A stretch of DNA of 64,000 nt from an uncultured virus (IMG/VR IMGVR_UViG_3300042542_004481) (taxonomy: Duplodnaviria; Heunggongvirae; Uroviricota; Caudoviricetes). The position numbers were made by a program, and so were the translations under genes. The notes under the pieces were generated by a model. That model was not told where the DNA came from. It made no database searches and saw only the letters and a program-made list of their open reading frames with translations. Positions 59,101 through 64,000 of this stretch are shown here, one piece after another; the stretch's first letter is position 1, and every line of letters begins with the position of its first letter. Where the stretch lies: the IMG/VR virus record IMGVR_UViG_3300042542_004481, positions 1 through 64,000 of that record, one strand, 5' to 3'.

Positions 59101-61723
59101 TAGCTCCTTTTTCGACAGATCTCTGTTCTTCGCTAACAACTCCTGTTTGATTAGCTTTATCTATCTCAACGGCTTTTTTATACTCGTCGATAGCGTCTCT
59201 GTATTTTTCAAGAACATCTAATCTACCCTGCAGCTCATCCGCTTTCTTTTGAGATTCTTCATCTCCTTCACGGTAAACTTCAATAAGACCTTTTTCATTT
59301 TTGGCTTTATTACCTTTAAGAGACTCTATTTCTACATCAAGAGTATTAGTATTAAGAGCCATCATGTATTCAGAAGCTATACTTTCAGCAACTGGCTTAT
59401 TTGCAATAAGCTCATCCATAACACTCTTCATACGACCAGTTGTTCTGAAAAAGTCGTAGCTAGATTTTACAGCAGCTTTTTTAGCTTCTTCCCATCCTAC
59501 CCAAGCGTTATATTCTCTTTCATACCCTTCAGGATCAGTCTTACGGTTATAGCTTTTTGGATCAAAAGGATTACCGTATTTCTCTTCAGTTTCAGTAAAC
59601 ATCTTCTCGACCATATCAGCTTTCTTAAGGAAAGAATCTAAGCGAGATTGATATTCATTGCTTACTTCTTGATCAGTGCCCTCCATTGGACCAAAGGCTT
59701 CTTGTAAACCTTTAGCATCAAGACCTTTCATATCCTTAATTTGATCTCTTATAAGATCTAGTTTTCCGAAACGAATAAGAGTATGAAGATGTTGAGATAC
59801 ACTATCGTCTGTAATAGTGTAATAAGAACGCTTGTCATTGGCCTCATTGGCCATATCAGCTTCTCGCTGATTGGTAATCTGAGATACTGTGTTTTCAGTA
59901 ATAGCATCCCAGAAACCGTTATTCTCAGTAGCAGCGTTAAGAGCATCTACAATACTCTTTGTGTTTTTTTCTTGACTATCCCTCCACTGTTTATAATCTT
60001 CCGGTTTAGTCCACTTATGAAACTGTTCTGGTACAATATCGAACATTAGCTTCTGAGGAAACTTGGCCATAGAGCCCATAAAGTATCCTGAAGAAAAAGT
60101 TTCAACAGCTCTTCCTGGATCAATATTTTTCATATGATCATAAAAAGATCCAAATACAGATCTTGAACCTGTAGTATAGAAGTTATGGAAACGATCTTTA
60201 TAATAATCAGTCATGGTATTTTGTACCACGTCCTGATATACTTCTTGAAGACCTTCTGTAATATTGGCTTTGCTATAGTTTACAAAAGAACCTAAGGCGT
60301 TATTGAGAAGATTTTTAGGTCGATATGTAGCGCCTGTAGTAAGAGTTTTCCAAGTACCTTTCCATCCATCATCTACAACGCTCCAGGCAGCTTTACCTGC
60401 TTTTCTTAAAGCTTCATCGTATACTAGTTTACCTTTAATACCTTTTTCAAGTTCTTCTCTAAAAGCAGACATCGGTTTCCAACCTCTGAGAGCTTTATCA
60501 AAAACTATCTTATTAGATATCCAAAGAGCAGGAAGGTTCCAATAGAAAGCTTGTCGACCGGCATTACCGGCTTCTTCATAGATTCTTTTTAAATCTTCTT
60601 CTCCAGGAAGCTTTCCGTTGTTTTTCTTATAGTACTCATCTATAAGACTATCTCTTACATCTAGTTCTGTACTTCCTCCTTCTAGTTTGGATTCGGATAC
60701 TATTGCTGTATAAGCTCGAGCATCGCGATAGAAAGCTCCAAATGTTTTAGAGGCTCCGGCCCAACTAAGAGCTTTTTCAAAAGCTTTAGGACTTTTAGCA
60801 AGCTCTGTTCCATACTTAAATGTTTCTGGAAGAATCGCTTTTCCTATACCGCTAATACCCTTGCCTCCGTATGTTTTAGCAAACTTCCAAAAATCATTTG
60901 CTTTATCTGCTTTTTTAAGCCAGTCATATGTGGTAGTGATACCTTTTTGTACATCTTTGAACTTATCGTAAAGATTAAGAGCTTTTTTAATGTTTCTACC
61001 AGCTTGTGTGGCCGCTGCAGCCCAACTTGCTCCTGCAGTCTCTGGAGCTAAAAGAGTAGACGCCCCCCAAATAACAATTTCTTCTGAGGCCATCTCGGCA
61101 AGAATACCTCCTGTATAACCAAAGTCTACAGTCATATTATTAATCCAAGATCCTAGCCCTCCTTTGCTGTCATGACCTATAGCGTGCCATCGAGCCATTT
61201 CTTTAGCCGATGTAATATTAGGATCATTCCAATCCCTCCAAGTATTCCAAGGAAGCATATCTGTATATGCAGACTGAGCAAGATTCAAACTAGAGGTCAA
61301 ACTTCGACTATATCTCTCTAGCCAACTAGATTCTTTATTATAAAGCGATTCATTATCTCTGAAAGGAGTAAAGCCATACTTTTTATAAACACTAGGCAAA
61401 GCTGCATACTTCTTAAAGTTTGCTCCATCATAATCAGAGTTATAAGCTTTTACTTTAGAATAGTACGTAGGGTTATTAGCCCAAGTTCCAGCTGTTCTAC
61501 CAAGTTCTCTTAATCTTTCGGCACCTGCTTGAGACGAGGAAACACTTACCTGTTTTTGAGTAGGTATCATGTTTGTACTCATCACTCCCACAGGATATGA
61601 CCGAGGAGGATCTGGAACTTTTATATCAGTGATATCTAAACTTCTAGGATCTACTAACCCTGCCGATACATCAAGTTGTATGTTAGAAGTAGGAGCATCT
61701 AAAGGATTAACCGGTTCTGCCAT
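56108..61723 (-). CDS. Giant virion protein (1871 aa) with a zincin-like motif
   Basis: LHELIHE...HEFLAEMFTNPRF; upstream of the vRNAP in the same block. Confidence 0.8.
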   Translation of the reverse strand: MAEPVNPLDAPTSNIQLDVSAGLVDPRSLDITDIKVPDPPRSYPVGVMSTNMIPTQKQVSVSSSQAGAERLRELGRTAGTWANNPTYYSKVKAYNSDYDGANFKKYAALPSVYKKYGFTPFRDNESLYNKESSWLERYSRSLTSSLNLAQSAYTDMLPWNTWRDWNDPNITSAKEMARWHAIGHDSKGGLGSWINNMTVDFGYTGGILAEMASEEIVIWGASTLLAPETAGASWAAAATQAGRNIKKALNLYDKFKDVQKGITTTYDWLKKADKANDFWKFAKTYGGKGISGIGKAILPETFKYGTELAKSPKAFEKALSWAGASKTFGAFYRDARAYTAIVSESKLEGGSTELDVRDSLIDEYYKKNNGKLPGEEDLKRIYEEAGNAGRQAFYWNLPALWISNKIVFDKALRGWKPMSAFREELEKGIKGKLVYDEALRKAGKAAWSVVDDGWKGTWKTLTTGATYRPKNLLNNALGSFVNYSKANITEGLQEVYQDVVQNTMTDYYKDRFHNFYTTGSRSVFGSFYDHMKNIDPGRAVETFSSGYFMGSMAKFPQKLMFDIVPEQFHKWTKPEDYKQWRDSQEKNTKSIVDALNAATENNGFWDAITENTVSQITNQREADMANEANDKRSYYTITDDSVSQHLHTLIRFGKLDLIRDQIKDMKGLDAKGLQEAFGPMEGTDQEVSNEYQSRLDSFLKKADMVEKMFTETEEKYGNPFDPKSYNRKTDPEGYEREYNAWVGWEEAKKAAVKSSYDFFRTTGRMKSVMDELIANKPVAESIASEYMMALNTNTLDVEIESLKGNKAKNEKGLIEVYREGDEESQKKADELQGRLDVLEKYRDAIDEYKKAVEIDKANQTGVVSEEQRSVEKGAKVKQGTKVKNKKGREAVVAKIKKGKAYDENGGLIGKVSSLEILEGEREEDILTSATQNLYDNYREFVKYISRAKGEVAIDAGIDESFMKLKDYYALGVDRESYAAAVDILHNPSKFTEYASRIAQLAGELKRQNKAKIEESYKKFLAGMHKSQLFSKLYEMGVFVDEKGMEAILEEKIPSVFYYIAGEKEMVPFESDTYKKILDLFEKYEAAQGVRFTEKPIPEEEMRMDALMFSGQTRNKIKGDVRTYEDLAKEYGFNLDPSVETKVKTRDILQKIIDSKYSTYREKALARRLLGIVSKESVITFKKLSLGGYFQYSADGKTGTFIDPRYFSSDYRGDSKAIETVFLHELIHEITSFELDKNPQFKAAIKKLMDRAIKEYETNRPSDEMVYGYAVSKPFYGLKNEHEFLAEMFTNPRFAAWLDTIEYETTGKTVWKEFLNMLQYMLSQILGVTKDNTLLKEALNIATSYIETIHGQSVAQPERVGEKIRPGRRRPSTGPTAGATLNPGSSIEQYRSAGVLPALVQSYRNFVKDRTGADSLTAEQWPDQNVASKTDDEVANSPEFRQYLQMGSGEVQRILNEYNRTKVAPQPTPAPTAATFTPTTPYGTPTGAPLTTATPAPAVPTGIVEVTPEKETEIINAVTEEDYIASSEGITEEGIQKARGAEKQRAVADAKTAAKHALDFISGKIDAKNYLNRLGYDMASLTPQDITDLSERESAYWRSKLGPVPQAQPVATQEVVDGAEAAAVEDTTPAEYQQKKQLVSDLGYNWNQVNRMTKSEAQYLIDNDISAEQLAESKRMAEESARRAAEEQSQMLYQATMQELEQMIADAESKSELDAAESAISIAIYEDEISVADVSRLESLIEQRKQQLARDIKYEDIEENTSLIMKNGSRVVVVKKENNTLYLRPYGQPGGRVFTVKADKVKEKILYKDQPFVEQFDVIPPVDPESQAAAVQVINDAVELNTTDTITEDLEDARTAVTAEIEDDFDNSLGCQ

Positions 61724-61728
61724 GATTA

Positions 61729-64000
61729 TTACTGAGCTGGGGTGTTATATAAAATCTGATTAGGATCTCCTTTATACTGTTGAGCGGCATTAGTCAAAGT
61801 AGTTCTATTAAGCATAGCATTGATATCAAGATTTTGACTAAATCTTGTATAAAGATCGCCAAGATCTAACGTAAGGTCATGATAGGTAGGTTCAGCGGCT
61901 CGTGAAATATTATTACCATTATCATCGTACTCGATAAGATTCATATCTAACCGATACATGTTTGTTTCTTTTGTTATAGTAATATTACCAGCCATAGGGT
62001 TTTCTATTTTAAGCTTCCCTGTATTTTCCATAATAAAATCATACTCGTCATATACACTTCTTCTTAGATAGTCACTTTGCATTTTATCCTTAGGCATGTA
62101 TACAACAATCCCTTCATCAGCGTATCTGTCATCATCAATAAGCTTATCGCTTTTACCTTGAGCTGAACGATATTGCTTACCCCAAGCTTTACTAGGAACA
62201 ATTCTAAAAGCCATAGTTTTTTCATCACCTGCGGCTATAGGTACAATATCAAATCCTCCGGCAACTCTATCTTCATTTATCGGTAAACCTTCTTTTGAAA
62301 GTCTTCCACCTAAAGGAAAATCTTTTATTACTTGGTCTAATATGTCTCTAGCTCCAGCATCATTGTCTTCACCATCTCTATATCTTTCACCTGTATTTTC
62401 AATGTTACCGTAATAGATTTTTGCCTCATCTCTCAATGTGTTATAGTTCTGAATCATATCCATAAAATCCATATTGGATTGAGAATACTCAGGACTTACT
62501 CCAGAATCTATGACTCCGGAATATCCATGAGCGGCGTCATCTGTAGCTTTTAATCCTTTTGGATTTGTCCAAGAAGCTCCTTTATCTGAATAAGCTTGTC
62601 TCCACATAGCATAGCCTTGCTTATATTCTTTTACAACAGCATCATATGACATTTCTTCTACAGTACCTAATTGACTAAGAGCTTGAAGACTTGGATTAAT
62701 ATACTCTCCTGCTTTTACAAAGGCTTTAGTTAATCCTCCAAAAGGTGTTGCTACCGCTTGAGCATTTAATGAAACATCACGAGCTTCTCTAGCAAGAACC
62801 ATTGCGTTATGCTCCTGATAACCTCTAGGATTACTCTTTTTAAAATTATTTACTCTTTCTGTAGCAATCTTTTTTAATTTCTCATCTAGTGTTTTATTTG
62901 TAGCAGGGTCATCTGCTACAAAACCATCAACATTAGAGGTATCGTAAACTTCTTTAAACACTTTAAAAGAGCGATCCATCTCATTCCAATCGTCTTCATC
63001 TTCTGTATTTTGTTTTTGACTAAGATCCGCTTGAGCAAGAGTGATAGCTAGCTCAGATTGTTTTTTAGAAAAGTCGGTATGAGCCTCTACAAATTGATCA
63101 CTAAGCTTAAAGTCTTTCTCGTATTTAGATAACGTAGTACGAGTATCTTCTGTCACCCAAGAATTATTAAGCCATCCTGAACCGTTTGTAGGATCAAATT
63201 GTGTTTTAGTATTAGCGTAGAGCTGATTAAGAATTGCAGGATCGTCTAATAGCTTTTCAAAATCTTCAACAGCTTTTTTATCTCCGGTAATAAGAGCTTG
63301 AGGGTTTATGCCGTACTTGTTTTTCTTACCTATCGTACCGTAAGTTACATCACTTAGGTCATATGGTGTTATTTTGCCTGAGGCACCGCCTAAGATATTG
63401 TAAGTTACTTGATTTAATGCATCTAAAGAAGCTCCTGCTTTAGGGTTATTTTGGTTTACTTGATGAGCTTGTTGAATAGCACGAATACCCTCTAAAACAT
63501 ATTGTTTAGCTGAACTATTTTTTCTATCAAGAAGAGCATTTCTTTGAGAAACGTTATCCTTATAAGCTTTGTTCTGATCAACAAGTGTTGTAGCTGTTCC
63601 TCCAAAATCTTTAGGAGTGTAGGTAGTTAATTTTTTTGCAAGTTCTGCCTCAGCTCTTTTTTTCTCTTCTTCTTCTATTCTTTTAAGCTCATACTTTTGA
63701 TACATATCGGTTCCCCAAACGTATCGTCTTTGACCAGTTTCAGGATCTATTTCAACGTAACCTTCTTTTTCTCTAGCTCTTTGTAATTGGAAAGCTTGAG
63801 CTTTAGCCTGGACAGCATAAGGGTTTTCTTTAATAGTAACTTCTTGGTTCAGTCTAGCATAGCCTTCTGCTACGTTGTAGGTAGTTTCTCTGAGCATATT
63901 AAAGCCCATCACCGAATCAAAATTATCTACAGCAAAGCGAACATTATCCCGGTTTATGCCTAAAGCTTTTAAATTGTTATCAGCATCGTCATATACCTGT
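61729..64000 (-). CDS. Large virion protein, 5' end outside the window
   Basis: The frame stays open from 63912 to the window edge, so the listed start is internal. Confidence 0.75.
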   Translation of the reverse strand, partial: QVYDDADNNLKALGINRDNVRFAVDNFDSVMGFNMLRETTYNVAEGYARLNQEVTIKENPYAVQAKAQAFQLQRAREKEGYVEIDPETGQRRYVWGTDMYQKYELKRIEEEEKKRAEAELAKKLTTYTPKDFGGTATTLVDQNKAYKDNVSQRNALLDRKNSSAKQYVLEGIRAIQQAHQVNQNNPKAGASLDALNQVTYNILGGASGKITPYDLSDVTYGTIGKKNKYGINPQALITGDKKAVEDFEKLLDDPAILNQLYANTKTQFDPTNGSGWLNNSWVTEDTRTTLSKYEKDFKLSDQFVEAHTDFSKKQSELAITLAQADLSQKQNTEDEDDWNEMDRSFKVFKEVYDTSNVDGFVADDPATNKTLDEKLKKIATERVNNFKKSNPRGYQEHNAMVLAREARDVSLNAQAVATPFGGLTKAFVKAGEYINPSLQALSQLGTVEEMSYDAVVKEYKQGYAMWRQAYSDKGASWTNPKGLKATDDAAHGYSGVIDSGVSPEYSQSNMDFMDMIQNYNTLRDEAKIYYGNIENTGERYRDGEDNDAGARDILDQVIKDFPLGGRLSKEGLPINEDRVAGGFDIVPIAAGDEKTMAFRIVPSKAWGKQYRSAQGKSDKLIDDDRYADEGIVVYMPKDKMQSDYLRRSVYDEYDFIMENTGKLKIENPMAGNITITKETNMYRLDMNLIEYDDNGNNISRAAEPTYHDLTLDLGDLYTRFSQNLDINAMLNRTTLTNAAQQYKGDPNQILYNTPAQ

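Noticed and set aside
37879..61763. Many short + strand and alternate-frame ORFs over the giant genes
   Set aside because: Shadow ORFs of long coding frames, with no motifs or initiation context
1..64000. Stop-codon reassignment, known in some crAss-like phages
   Set aside because: Giant genes are uninterrupted in the standard code, TAG and TGA both end well-defined genes, and no suppressor tRNA is visible

Overview
This window is part of a crAss-like (Crassvirales-type) dsDNA phage genome, probably infecting a Bacteroidota host: starts are A-rich and lack Shine-Dalgarno sites, and TAnnTTTG promoters are present. It uses the standard genetic code. The + strand (1-37.5 kb) carries an early/accessory region and then a replication block: UDG, SF1 and SF2 helicases, DnaB, Sak4-like ATPase, primase, RuvC-like resolvase, vWA/MoxR pair, PD-(D/E)xK nuclease, family-B DNA polymerase and MazG-like pyrophosphatase. 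After a bidirectional terminator, the - strand carries giant virion proteins, including a 3511-aa virion RNA polymerase with the DFDID motif. The most striking signal is non-coding RNA in the early region. I read a complete type-P1 twister ribozyme with very large P3/P5 insertions (1635-1910) and a canonical type-I hammerhead ribozyme (4052-4112). The hammerhead sits directly upstream of about 330 nt of structured RNA containing two GGATRC-CAGCAA...GYATCC repeat units and a switchable stem, followed by a Ro60/TROVE-like vWA gene. There are also three tRNA-like elements with aberrant anticodon or variable arms. All protein calls are from motif recognition by eye; no database searches were run.
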